Shown piece after piece: positions 40,967-51,100 of a DNA stretch of 64,000 nucleotides. The position numbers and the translations under genes are program-made. Positions within the stretch are counted from its first letter, which is position 1. Each line of letters opens with the position of its first letter. The notes under the pieces were generated by a model that had not been told where the DNA came from, ran no database searches, and saw only the letters and a program-made list of their open reading frames with translations. Location: contig CBDCNP010000002.1 of the NCBI GenBank assembly GCA_965219415.1, forward strand, positions 448,001 through 512,000, written 5' to 3'. The stretch is from Candidatus Marinacidobacterales bacterium. GTDB lineage: Bacteria > Acidobacteriota > Vicinamibacteria > Marinacidobacterales > DATDRI01.

Positions 40967-41706
40967 GGGGCACCCAGGATGGTACGAGCACGTGTCAGAA
41001 AATCATCAAGCGATAGGTCGAGAGCGATTCTCCATCGACGACTCACAGCCGGAGAATCTCCCGGGGTACGGTCGGCGAAGATTACTGGCTCGACGACCTC
41101 TTCTCGCCCCGCGCCCTGTCTCACTTCAGTCCACACGGTCCTCCAGGCTGCGTGAACGTTTGCGGCGGCGTCTGGGTGGATCCAACGGACCTCGAGCTTC
41201 CGCGAGATGATCTCTGCCACTTCGCTCAGCCAGCCGACACGCTGCAATGTGCCATAGCGTTTGGCCGATGCCACCAGCTCGGGGGCGGCGAAGTCGTTCC
41301 GTAGAAGTAGAGCGGGCACCGCTTCGATGAGCCGTACTGCTGCGCGGTCCCTTACGCTCTCCGGAACCACGTCTTCGAACGCTCGCACCTCTCCGAGAAC
41401 TGGGCGTCCCGAGATGCTCAGGTCTCTGAGCCCCCAATGGAAAAGTTGAGCAGCCAGAGCACGACCGTCCGTGCCGGTGCGCAGGCGTCCCGTCGCAAAG
41501 TACAGAAGAGGCCACCCGAACTTTTCCGCAAGCAGGCACATGTCACCGAAACTGGGCTGCGAGCGGTTGGTTTCGAAACGGGACAAACTTGCTGCAGAAA
41601 TGCCGGTCAGGTCCGCGGCGTCTTTCAATGTGAGCCCCGCGTCGTTACGGGCCGTCCGGAGACGAGGGCCAATCGGCTCGTGTTTTCTTGGGCTTCGGCG
41701 GGGCAT
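40963..41706 (-). CDS. XRE-family HTH protein with uncharacterised C-terminal domain (putative antitoxin/regulator)
   Basis: IGPRLRTARNDAGLTLKDAADLTGISAASLSRFETNRSQPS is an HTH_3 signature; GAGGAA RBS. Confidence 0.85.
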   Translation of the reverse strand: MPRRSPRKHEPIGPRLRTARNDAGLTLKDAADLTGISAASLSRFETNRSQPSFGDMCLLAEKFGWPLLYFATGRLRTGTDGRALAAQLFHWGLRDLSISGRPVLGEVRAFEDVVPESVRDRAAVRLIEAVPALLLRNDFAAPELVASAKRYGTLQRVGWLSEVAEIISRKLEVRWIHPDAAANVHAAWRTVWTEVRQGAGREEVVEPVIFADRTPGDSPAVSRRWRIALDLSLDDFLTRARTILGAP

Positions 41707-41720
41707 CTCGTATTTCCTCT

Positions 41721-41793
41721 ATTCCTTTATAGCACGTCTATTCCTATAAAGCAATAATATTCCTTTACGGTAATACACTTGCCTTATAGGAAT
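41721..41793. promoter_or_regulatory. Array of four 16-bp imperfect palindromes at exact 19-bp spacing (operator array)
   Basis: 41721 ATTCCTTTATAGCACG; 41740 ATTCCTATAAAGCAAT; 41759 ATTCCTTTACGGTAAT; 41778 CTTGCCTTATAGGAAT (reverse complement ATTCCTATAAGGCAAG). Lies immediately upstream of the XRE start in an AT-rich patch. Confidence 0.75.
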
Positions 41794-41861
41794 GACACTT
41801 GGGGATCACTCTCGTAAAACGTTTGAATAGAATTACTTACGGGGTATGCTGCTTTTTCTCC

Positions 41862-43139
41862 TCAAACGGATCGTTGGGACAAACGCATTCCGGCCACGTA
41901 GACGGACCCCGTCACAACCATCGAGACGATGGGCTGGATCATTTCCGGGGGGACTAATCGACCTGCCGCCACTCCGAGAACCATCGCCACGATCGCGGAC
42001 CAATTGACACCTCTCACTGCCCCGTTCAGCTGCTCGGCGTCTGGGACGCCGGCCGCAGGTAGCTGGCGACGGCGGACGAAGAAATAGTCCGCGAGCACAA
42101 TGGCGAGTAATGGAGCGAAGACCACACCGAGCAGCATCAGCCACTCCGAAAAATATTGCGTCAAACGCAAACAGGCGGCGGTGGTTCCGATCGCCCCGAG
42201 CACCAACGTATGAATCCAGCGTGCCCTCCCCGGAAATAGATTCGTTAGGGCCAATCCACCTGAGTAGAGATTCTTATCGTTGGTGGTCCAGGTCGCGAAG
42301 ATGATCAGCAACAGCGAGCCCATTCCCAACCCCAGAGACTGGACACCCAACACGGGGTTCCACTCTCCAGTTGCCAGCGCGGACAGGGCTCCCAATGCGA
42401 TCATGAAAGCGGCCACCGGCGTTACGCCGCCGAAGATCCCTATCCACACCGAACGATGATTTCTCGCATAGCGGGAGATGTCGGAGGCGGTGAAGCTTCC
42501 GGCAACCTGTGCTGAAATCATGAGGTTCATGCCTGCGAGGAAAGTCATCGATCCATCACCGGGCCGACTCACCAGCTCCCAGAACGGAACTTCGCGAACG
42601 ATCTTGATAAAGAGCCAAGCGGTGAGGATCAGCATCGCCGGCACCGCATAGCCGGCGAGCTTACGCATCCAATCGTAACCCATGACCGCGAAGAAGACGT
42701 TCGCGGCGCCCATGAGCGCGATCATCGCTAGCGGCGATGACACGCCGACAAGCTCGTTCATCATTCCATCCGCGGCCATGCCCGCCAGCTCCGCCTGAAC
42801 GGCAAACCAGCCGGACAAAGACATCACCACCGCGAGTGACGGGATCCACGTCCCCCACGGATAGCCGAGCGACATCCGGGTGAGAACCAACGTGGGCACG
42901 CCATGGTCGATTCCCGGATACGCGGATAGCGCCGTAAAGGAGAACCCGATCCCGTTCGCGAGCAACGCAACCAAGACCGCGTCGCGGAAGGACATACCGG
43001 GCACGAAAAGCCCCCCCATCATGATCATGGGGAGACAGATGTTGATGCCCGCGTACATCGCGAACATGCCGAACCAACCCTGGGTCCGAGAAGATCTTGG
43101 GACGGCGTCGAGGCCTCGCCGTTCAAGCTGGAGCGTCAC
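41862..43139 (-). CDS. NCS1/cytosine-permease family transporter
   Basis: About 12 hydrophobic segments; SDISRY and ATWTTNDKNLYSGGL motifs. Start set at GTG 43139, since the longer ORF overlaps the upstream gene. Confidence 0.9.
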   Translation of the reverse strand: MTLQLERRGLDAVPRSSRTQGWFGMFAMYAGINICLPMIMMGGLFVPGMSFRDAVLVALLANGIGFSFTALSAYPGIDHGVPTLVLTRMSLGYPWGTWIPSLAVVMSLSGWFAVQAELAGMAADGMMNELVGVSSPLAMIALMGAANVFFAVMGYDWMRKLAGYAVPAMLILTAWLFIKIVREVPFWELVSRPGDGSMTFLAGMNLMISAQVAGSFTASDISRYARNHRSVWIGIFGGVTPVAAFMIALGALSALATGEWNPVLGVQSLGLGMGSLLLIIFATWTTNDKNLYSGGLALTNLFPGRARWIHTLVLGAIGTTAACLRLTQYFSEWLMLLGVVFAPLLAIVLADYFFVRRRQLPAAGVPDAEQLNGAVRGVNWSAIVAMVLGVAAGRLVPPEMIQPIVSMVVTGSVYVAGMRLSQRSV

Positions 43140-43162
43140 CGGATAAGAGTTCCGATTGGCGG

Positions 43163-44080
43163 TTAGTCGCCTCGAGGTAGGTCGAAAACCATCGCGTCTT
43201 CTCCGATGACGATCGGTCCGTCGAACTCGGACTTGGCGGCGGCGAGAATCTTCGACCAAATCTCCGGACCGCGGCGTGGGCCGTAGTACATGGACGCCAT
43301 CTCCACCGCCACGGGATGAGAGTCGTAAGGTCCAAGATGCGTCAACACGAGCTTCTTGGCACCGGCGCGACGGGCGACGCTTCCCGCGCCGCGAGGCCCG
43401 GTGTGTCCCCGCATCTCCCGGTGCTCCATGATTTCCTCCAGAAACGTGCATTCATGGACGAGAACGTCGACGTCTCGCGCGAGCTCCACCATCGCGTCAC
43501 AAGGCTCGGTATCTCCGCTGATCGCCGCCGAACCGTACTCGGTGTCTACACGGAATCCGTAGGAGGAGTTCTCGAAACCCAAAAGTTGAATGTGCGTTAC
43601 CTCTCGGGCCGTTACCTTGAATTTGTCGGTCTCGAGAACTGTGCCCTCTCGAATCTCATTCACTCGTATGAGTGGCTCGGGCGTGGGCCGCTCGGTGATG
43701 TGATCCGGCAGGCTCGCAACGAACCGCTTCACGAACTCCACGTCGATGTGATGCATCTCCAACATCCCGGCCACCATTCGCTCGGTGCCCATCGGACCGT
43801 ATACGTTCAGCGGAGCAGCCTTCCCGCAGTTCCAGGTGCTGAGAAAGAGATAGTTGCAATCCACCATGTGATCCCAATGGAGATGGGTAATGAACAAGTG
43901 GTCGACATCCATCGGATTGATCCCGGCGCGGACCAGATTGACGGTTGCCCGCTCTCCGCAATCGAAGAGCAGCACTTCCCCATCGACGACGACCGCTTGG
44001 GACGGATTGCCGCGTGACGGATCGGGAACTGCCGAGCCGGACCCTACCACGACGACCTTCATACCTCGCGCGCCGGCCAT
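43163..44080 (-). CDS. MBL-fold metallo-hydrolase (paralog of 13482..14435)
   Basis: GSGSAVPDP.RGN, THLHWDH, ISGDT, VHEC and GHT motifs. Confidence 0.9.
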   Translation of the reverse strand: MAGARGMKVVVVGSGSAVPDPSRGNPSQAVVVDGEVLLFDCGERATVNLVRAGINPMDVDHLFITHLHWDHMVDCNYLFLSTWNCGKAAPLNVYGPMGTERMVAGMLEMHHIDVEFVKRFVASLPDHITERPTPEPLIRVNEIREGTVLETDKFKVTAREVTHIQLLGFENSSYGFRVDTEYGSAAISGDTEPCDAMVELARDVDVLVHECTFLEEIMEHREMRGHTGPRGAGSVARRAGAKKLVLTHLGPYDSHPVAVEMASMYYGPRRGPEIWSKILAAAKSEFDGPIVIGEDAMVFDLPRGD

Positions 44081-44156
44081 AGTGGCACGCAGTATACACT
44101 CTCAATGAACTGCCCTATACTCCTCAACAAATTTGCCGGGGATGAAGGAGAAAGAG

Positions 44157-45257
44157 ATGAAGAAAAAAGTCGAGACCGAAGTGAGTCAAGGATTCAGCCG
44201 TCGAAACCTCTTTCGCGCAGTTCTTGGAGGAACGGTGGCTTCCGCCGTCTCGTCACGCGCTTCGAGTGTCGAAGCGGCTCGTCCAACCCTTGAGGCCCTC
44301 GAGGCCGACGTCGGCGACCAAGGTATGTACGCGGTGATCACGGGGTCCGGCTCCGCCATGGCCGATCCCGAGCGAGGCAACGCCAGTGCCGCGGTGGTCG
44401 TAGATGGAACCGTTCTACAGTTCGACTTCGGCCGTAAAACGATGGACAACTTGATGCGCGTCGGGATCAATCCAATAAACATCGACTACATTTTCTTCAC
44501 CCACCTTCATTTCGACCACATCGCTACCTACGACTATTTCATCATCTCGTCTTGGATCGCGGGGCGTAGGACTCCCTACAAGGTGTTCGGACCTCCGGGC
44601 ACCGAGGCGATGTCGAACGGGGCGCTCCATCACATGCACGAAATGGACGTCCGATTCGTAAAATATATCGTCGACACCTGGCCCGACATTGCCGAGAAGC
44701 CTCCGGTGGCGGAGCCGCCCGTCGAAGTCACCGACGCCGAACCGGGTCTGGTGGTCGAGACCGACGATTTCAAGGTCACTTCGACCGCAACTCCGCACCT
44801 CAGTCCCCCCAACATGTACAGCAGAGGTTATCGGGTCGACTCCAAATACGGCTCGGTCGTCATCAGCGGAGACACTGCCCCTTCCGAGAATATGGTTGGG
44901 CTTGCCAAGGACGCCGACATCCTCATTCATGAGTGCGTCATCCCCGACTACGGTATGACGACAGCCGGCAAGTTCAGCCGCAAGGAATTCCACGTGAAGG
45001 AAACGAAGAATCAACGGACTGGCCACACCTCGCCGACCGGCCTGGGGAAACTGGCCGCACAGGCCGGGGTGAAGAAACTGGTGGCCTACCACCTCGCTCC
45101 TTACACCAGCGTGCCGGCGGCGGTGGAAATGTCCGAGAAGTACACCGGTCCCAACCCGGGTCCGGAGATCTGGTCGAAGTACATCCACGCCATGAAGAAC
45201 CAGTACTCGGGCCCGGTCATCCTGGCGGAAGACGCGATGGTGATCAAAGTTTCGTAA
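44157..45257 (+). CDS. Tat-exported MBL-fold metallo-hydrolase
   Basis: SRRNLF Tat motif; THLHFDH, ISGDT, IHEC and GHT motifs; AAGGAG RBS before ATG 44157. Confidence 0.9.
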   Translation: MKKKVETEVSQGFSRRNLFRAVLGGTVASAVSSRASSVEAARPTLEALEADVGDQGMYAVITGSGSAMADPERGNASAAVVVDGTVLQFDFGRKTMDNLMRVGINPINIDYIFFTHLHFDHIATYDYFIISSWIAGRRTPYKVFGPPGTEAMSNGALHHMHEMDVRFVKYIVDTWPDIAEKPPVAEPPVEVTDAEPGLVVETDDFKVTSTATPHLSPPNMYSRGYRVDSKYGSVVISGDTAPSENMVGLAKDADILIHECVIPDYGMTTAGKFSRKEFHVKETKNQRTGHTSPTGLGKLAAQAGVKKLVAYHLAPYTSVPAAVEMSEKYTGPNPGPEIWSKYIHAMKNQYSGPVILAEDAMVIKVS

Positions 45258-45269
45258 GGTGGTCCCGTC

Positions 45270-46298
45270 ATGAAGGGCTTCACACGAAGAGGGTTCTTCG
45301 GCGGCCTCCTGGTAGCGCCCGCCGCCTTCGGCCTCAAAAGCGCCGAAGCCGCGAAGAGCGTGGACTTGGAACGCCCCGGCATGCGGGCGTTGATCACCGG
45401 CTCCGGATCGGCGCTCATCGATCCACTCCGCGGCAACGCGAGTGTGGCGGTGATCGTCGACGGAACGGTCCTTCAGTTCGACTTCGGCCGTCGCGCAATG
45501 GACAACCTCGCGCTGGCGGGGATCAATCCGGTGAACGTGGATTACATTTTTTTCACGCACCTCCACTTCGACCACATCGCGACGTACGACTACCACGTCA
45601 TCTCCAGCTGGATCGCAGGACGTCAGACTCCGATTGAAGTTTATGGACCCCTGGGTACGACAGAGATGTCGGACAAAGCCATCTATGGAATGCACGCGGT
45701 GGACATCGTTTTCGTCGAGAAGCTCTTGGCCGGGTGGCCGAAGCGGCTCGATCGTAGACCGAAAGATAAGCCGCCGATCGATGTGCACGATGTCGGGGCC
45801 GGGGTGGTGACGGAAACGGATACCTTCAAGGTCACGGCGGTGGAAACGCCGCACTATCGATCGATGGGCGTTCGAAGCCTCGGCTATCGAGTCGACTCCG
45901 AGCACGGATCGATCGTCGTGAGCGGAGACACCGCACCATCGGACGCGCTCGCCGAGCTCGCCCAAGGAGCAGACCTCCTCATTCATGAATGTGTGATTCC
46001 CGATCCCGGCATGACGAAGTCGGGTAAGTTCGCGGAAAAGCCTCCCGAAGACGAACCGCCCGAGGGGCACACGTCTCCCACTGAGCTCGGGCAACTAGCG
46101 CAACGTGCGGGTGTGAAGAAGTTAGTCGCCACCCACCTTGCTCCGTATACGAGCGTCGACGCCGCGGTAGAAATGTCGAGCATGTACCTCGGCCCTCGGC
46201 TGGGCGAGGAAATCTGGGGAGAATTCGTACACGCGATGAAGCAGCAATACGAGGGCCCCGTCGTCTTGGCCGAGGACGGGATGGTGTTCGAAATTTAA
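45270..46298 (+). CDS. Tat-exported MBL-fold metallo-hydrolase
   Basis: TRRGFF Tat motif; THLHFDH, VSGDT, IHEC and GHT motifs. Confidence 0.9.
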   Translation: MKGFTRRGFFGGLLVAPAAFGLKSAEAAKSVDLERPGMRALITGSGSALIDPLRGNASVAVIVDGTVLQFDFGRRAMDNLALAGINPVNVDYIFFTHLHFDHIATYDYHVISSWIAGRQTPIEVYGPLGTTEMSDKAIYGMHAVDIVFVEKLLAGWPKRLDRRPKDKPPIDVHDVGAGVVTETDTFKVTAVETPHYRSMGVRSLGYRVDSEHGSIVVSGDTAPSDALAELAQGADLLIHECVIPDPGMTKSGKFAEKPPEDEPPEGHTSPTELGQLAQRAGVKKLVATHLAPYTSVDAAVEMSSMYLGPRLGEEIWGEFVHAMKQQYEGPVVLAEDGMVFEI

Positions 46299-46306
46299 AT
46301 GCAGTG

Positions 46307-47975
46307 CTAGGGTTTGTAGAGTTCCGCGATGTGGATGTCGGCTTCTTGAGTCAGGCGTGAAAAAACGATCTTCTTTCCGTCCGGAGACCATCCTCCGTTT
46401 AGAACAACTCCGACTTTGGCGTCGGTGAGCCGCTGCGGTTGTCCCAAGGCCCTAGGCAACTCTCCAGGTGCGTTAGGCGGAGCCAACCGCAGCAAGAAGA
46501 GCGCTTGGCCGGTAAGCTCGTGGTTGCTCGTACCCGGTTTCCCGTCATCGCAATAGCTTACCGCGCGACCGTCCGGGGCAACATCTAGCTCCCAGTGATC
46601 GCCGCGATAGAGTGTCACCTCCTGGCCACTCTTCAGGTCGGCAACTACCATTTCCCGTGTTGTGGGCGCGTCTTCCCCAAGACGCGTGTAGACGACGTGT
46701 CGGCTGTCTCGGTACCAATCGAAACGAACGGCGCGCGGAAAATGGGACCGGGCGTTTTGGCCGTCCCGGTCCACGACCCAGAGAACCTCACCTTGATCTG
46801 CCGCGCCGATGTAGCCGATGGCCTTGCCGTCGGGAGACCATCGGGGGGCTAGCTCCCGATAGGTTTGCTCTTCCGTCCCTCGGATCAGGATCCTGTGATC
46901 CGTCAGGGGGCGCGGGGCGCCACCTTCGACACTTGTGACCCACACTTGGAAATCCCCGCCACGGTTCGAAAGAAAGACGATCTCGCGTCCGTCTGGCGAC
47001 CAATCAGGCTGGATATCCATGGCGGGTTGATCGGTAAGTTGCCGTTCCGAGCTCGTGTCCAGATCGAGGAGCCAGATCTCATTGTTGCCCGTGCGGTCGG
47101 ACTGATAGACGATCTTTCTCCCGTCCGGGGAGACGCGGGGAAAAAAGTTGTCGCGGGTAGTCAAGGTCAAACGTTGTTCCGCTTCGCCTTCCAACCCACG
47201 TAAGTATAGGCCCGACTCGGGGTTAAACCGCGCGTAGGCGAGAACGGCCTGGCGTGAAACGACCGGATCACCCTCACTTTCAACTCCCGAGGTCAACTGG
47301 CGTATGCGACCCGACGCGATCTCCATCTCCCATAGGTTTCTTGTTCCGGACCTCATGGACGCGAAGAGAATGTGTTCGCCGTCGGGTGACCAGGAGGGCT
47401 GAAAGTCCCAGTCCCGACCGCCGAGAAGCAAGCGCGCCTCGCCGCCGCTCCCAGGCAATACGAACAGGTTTACGGTCCCTTTCGCCCGGCGGGTAAACGC
47501 AATCCGTTCCCCATCGAAGGACCACGAAGCATGTAGGTCATCGCCGCCGGGTGGCGGCTTGGTCATTTGCGTTTCTTCTGCCGTCGAGGAGGTTGATCTT
47601 CCACACCGCCATTTCCCCGCTCGGTCCAAAGCGGGAGAAAAGCAGCTGCTGACCGTCGGGCGACCAGGGCATGGGGCCGAGCGGGTGATTCAGGGGCACC
47701 CCGTTGGTGTCCGCCAACTCTCGTTCGGGGCCTCCCAAGGGCGGAATTAAATAGACTTTCGGCCCGGCGCCTCTGTCCGATAGAAACGCGATGTACCTCC
47801 CGTCGGGGGACCAGCGCGGGGAGACCTCATCCGCGGCGCTGTGGGTGAGCTGAACCGGCTCTCCCCCAGCTACCGGTTTCACGAAGATGTCGGTGCTCCC
47901 GGCCTGAGGACGCTCGTAGGCGATTAAGCTCCCGTCAGGAGACCACGTCGGGTACCGCTCCACGCCAACGAAGCT
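46307..47975 (-). pseudogene. TolB-like PD40 beta-propeller part of a wHTH-TM-propeller regulator (detached from its N-terminus; 1-bp insertion near 47588)
   Basis: Repeated P.WSPDG units; colinear inverted paralog of 48767..50434. Begins abruptly at AGC TTC GTT GGC (SFVG). Confidence 0.88.
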
Positions 47976-48192
47976 CCATGATCGAAGCATCTGTAACGGA
48001 GAAACTCGAACGGCTCGAGGCCAAGCGCCTTGGCAAAGTCAAGAATCCGAGAAAGAGCCTCGTAGACGCCGACACGTCACCGGGAGCGCGCGCAATACCC
48101 GCTCCTGTGAGGCGCTTCGTGTGGGCGCGCGACCAGGGTCAATGCACCTTTGAGAGCGGGGACGGTAGACGATGTCCCGAGCGCCTAGGACT
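47976..48192 (+). pseudogene. Displaced internal fragment of the HNH endonuclease gene at 51101..52051
   Basis: Encodes (S)MIEASVTEKLERLEAKRLG...RAIPAPVRRFVWARDQGQCTFESGDGRRCPERLG(L), the RD..QC...RC half of an HNH domain. Fits exactly into the break at 51366|51367. Confidence 0.85.
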
Positions 48193-48240
48193 AACGAAGA
48201 GCTCTTCAACGATCCCCCCTAGTAATGAAAATGAGAGTCT

Positions 48241-48269
48241 TTGCGGTCTGGCGGGCGTAATGCTACACT
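48241..48269 (+). promoter_or_regulatory. Putative sigma70 promoter of the wHTH regulator (second copy at 50497..50525)
   Basis: TTGCGG-N17-TACACT with extended TG; conserved in both duplicated upstream regions. Confidence 0.5.
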
Positions 48270-48293
48270 TTTGCCTCTTTCCCGGAGGAATCG

Positions 48294-50434
48294 ATGCCAA
48301 CCTCATTCCGCATCGGCGAATGGTTGGTTGACCCTCGCGCCGACCGAATCGTCAGCCCCGACGAGACCGTACACATCGAACCCCGCGCCATGCAGGCGCT
48401 GGTCTATTTGGCCGAGCATGCCGGCGAAGTGGTCACCCGCGATGAAATCCTGCGAGCGGTTTGGGAAGAAACGTTCGTCGCCGACGAGGTGCTGACTAGT
48501 GCCATCGCAAAGCTGCGTCGAGCGTTCGGCGACGAAGGCACGAACCCGACCTTCATTCAGACGGTACCCAAGAAAGGCCCTAACGTAACGATCGTTCCCA
48601 TTCGTCGAGGAATTGGCGTTGCTCGGTCCTGCTGCTGCTCCGCCGGCGAAACGGAAGCATTCAGTCGATAGCGGTCGCGGTGTTCGTAGTCGGTGCCGGG
48701 ACTTATCTCTTCACCAACTCCACTCCGCCTGACCCGACGCCGTCTCTGAACGTCAAGCTCTTCACCAGCTCCGTTGGCGTGGAGCGGTACCCGACGTGGT
48801 CTCCTGACGGGAGCTTAATCGCCTACGAGCGTCCACAGGCTGGCAACACGGACATTTTCGTGAAACCGGCAAGTGGGGGAGAGCCGATTCAGCTCACCAG
48901 CAGCCCGGCGGATGAGATCTCTCCGCGCTGGTCCCCCGACGGGAAGTACATCGCGTTTCTATCGGACCGAGGTCCCGGGACCAAAGTTTATGTGATCCCA
49001 CCTCTGGGAGGCGCCGAACGAGAGTTGGTGGACACCAACCGGGTGCCCCTGAATCACCCACTGGGCCCCATGCCTTGGTCGCCTGACGGTCAGCACCTCC
49101 TGTTCTCACGCTTGGGACCGAGCGGAGAAATGGAGGTGTGGAAGGTCAACCTCTCGACGGCAGAAGAAACACAAATGACCGAACCGCCCCCCGGCGGCGA
49201 AGACCTGCACGCATCGTGGTCGTTCGATGGGGAAAGGATTGCGTTCGCCCGCCGGGGGAAGGGGACCGTAAACCTGTTCGTATTGCCTGGGAGTGGCGGC
49301 GAGGCCCGTTTACTTCTCGGCGGTCGGGACTGGGCCTATAAGCCTGCCTGGGCACCGGACAACCAACACATTGTCTTTGGGGCCTTGACGTCCGGAGCTA
49401 AAGATCTGTGGGAGGTGGAAGTTGCGTCGGGTCGCCTACGCCAGTTGACCTCGGGAGTTGCAAGTGAGGATGATCCGGTCGCTTCACGCCAGGGCTCTCT
49501 CGCATACGCGCGCTTTAGCGAAGAGTCGGGCCTGTACTTACGTGGGTTGGAAGGCGAAGCGGAACAACGTTTGACCTTGACTACCCGCGACAACTTTTTT
49601 CCCCGCGTCTCCCCTGACGGCAAGAGAATCGCCTATCAGTCCGACCGCACGGGCAACAATGAAATCTGGCTCTTCGACCTGGACACGAGCTCGGAACGGC
49701 AACTTACCGATCAACCCGCCATGGATATCCAGCCTGATTGGTCACCCGATGGACGCGAGATCGTCTTTCTTTCGAACCGGGACGGGGACTTCCACGTGTG
49801 GGTCATGAATGTAGATCACGTAGTCCCGCGCCGCTTGACGGACCACAGCATCTTGATCCGAGGGACGGCAGAGGAAACCTATCGGGAGATAGCCCCCCGA
49901 TGGTCTCCGGACGGCAAGGCCATCGGCTACATCGGCGCGGCCGAGCAGGGTGAGACTCTTTGGGTCGTGGACCAGGACGGCGAAAATGCCCGGTCCTATT
50001 TTCCGGACGCCGTTCGTTTCGATTGGTATCGAGACAGCCGACACGTAGTCTACACGCGTGTGGCGGAAGGCGATTCGGCAACACGGGAAATGGTAGTCGC
50101 CAATTTGGAGAGCGGCAAAGAGTTCATACTCTACCGCGGCGATCACTGGGAGCTAGACGTCGCCCCGGAGGGTAGCGCCGTAAGCTATTGCGACGACTTG
50201 AGACAGGGTGGGAGCGCCCCCGAGCTTTCCGGTCAAGCGCTCTTCCTGCTGCGATTGGCTCCGCCTAACGCACCTGGAGAGTTGCCTAGGGCCTTGGGAC
50301 AACCGCAGCGGCTCACCGACGCCAAAGTCGGAGTTGTTCTAAACGGAGGATGGTCTCCGGACGGAAAGAAGATCGTTTTTTCACGCATGACTCAAGAAGC
50401 CGACATCCACATCGCGGAACTTTACCAACCCTAG
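48294..50434 (+). pseudogene. CadC/ToxR-like wHTH + TM + PD40 beta-propeller transmembrane regulator, disrupted by a 94-bp internal inversion
   Basis: N-terminal Trans_reg_C-type domain (FRIGEW..EPRAMQALVYL..GEVVTRDEIL..VW..LTSAIAKLRRAFGD..FIQTVPKKG). 48579..48672 read on the minus strand gives YRLNASVSPAEQQQDRATPIPRRMGTIVTLG. The propeller ORF 48680..50434 is intact. Confidence 0.88.
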
Positions 50435-50549
50435 CACTGCATTTAGATCTCAATCACCATCCGTGGCCCCCCCTTAGTAAGCGAAAATGAGACTCTTTGC
50501 GGTCCGGCGGGCGTGATGCTACACCTTCGCATCCTTCCCGGAGGAATCG

Positions 50550-51040
50550 ATGCCAACCACCTACCGCATCGGCGAATGGTTGGTTGACCCTCGCGCCGAT
50601 CGAATCGTCAGCCCCGACGAGACCGTACACATCGAACCCCGCGCCATGCAGGCGCTGGTCTATTTGGCCGAGCATGCCGGCGAAGTCGCCGCGATGAAAT
50701 CCTGCGAGCGGTGTGGGAAGAAACGTTCGTCACCGACGAAGTGCTGACTAGTGCCATCGCAAAGCTGCGCCGGGCGTTCGGCGACGAAGGCACGAATCCG
50801 ACCTTCATCCAAACGGTACCCAAGAAGGGTTATCGATTGAATGCTTCCGTTTCGCCGGAGGAGCCACAGCCGGGCCAAGCAACACCCGTTTCAGAAACGG
50901 GGGCCAGACAACTTCCTCGACGAACGCGCACGATCGTTGCGTTGGGGGTCGCAGTGTTCGCAGTCGGTGCTGGCACCTATCTCTTCGTCGACTCAGCTCC
51001 GCCCGACGTAACGCCGCCTCTCAACATTAAGGCCTTCACC
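50550..51040 (+). pseudogene. Second wHTH + TM N-terminal fragment (4-bp deletion near 50687), truncated where the propeller should start
   Basis: Near-copy of 48294 onward: ...TVPKKGYRLNAS...VALGVAVFAVGAGTYLF...NIKAFT, followed by unrelated sequence. Confidence 0.85.
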
Positions 51041-51100
51041 TTCCACCAAGGCGAGATTTTTTTCTCACGTCCTTCGCCTGGACCTGCCAAGTTGCGCGAG

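Noticed and set aside
41721-41793. Possible mini-CRISPR array
   Set aside because: Units are 16 bp with 3-bp gaps, there are no spacers of CRISPR length and no cas genes; better explained as operators.
40362-41842. TTACGG 6-bp direct repeat as target duplication around the XRE-NTase module
   Set aside because: Too short, it also occurs internally (41765), and there is no integrase or transposase.
44415-46094. 559-aa antisense ORF (also 55393..56754, 53099..54079, 32350..33429 and similar)
   Set aside because: These lie opposite well-supported genes and have no motifs; they are typical stop-poor shadow frames of GC-rich coding DNA.
47978-48331. 117-aa ORF as an independent gene
   Set aside because: It is a chimera of the displaced HNH fragment and intergenic sequence.
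46307-50434. Diversity-generating retroelement (template/variable repeat) between propeller copies
   Set aside because: Differences are not adenine-specific, span whole genes, and there is no reverse transcriptase in the window.
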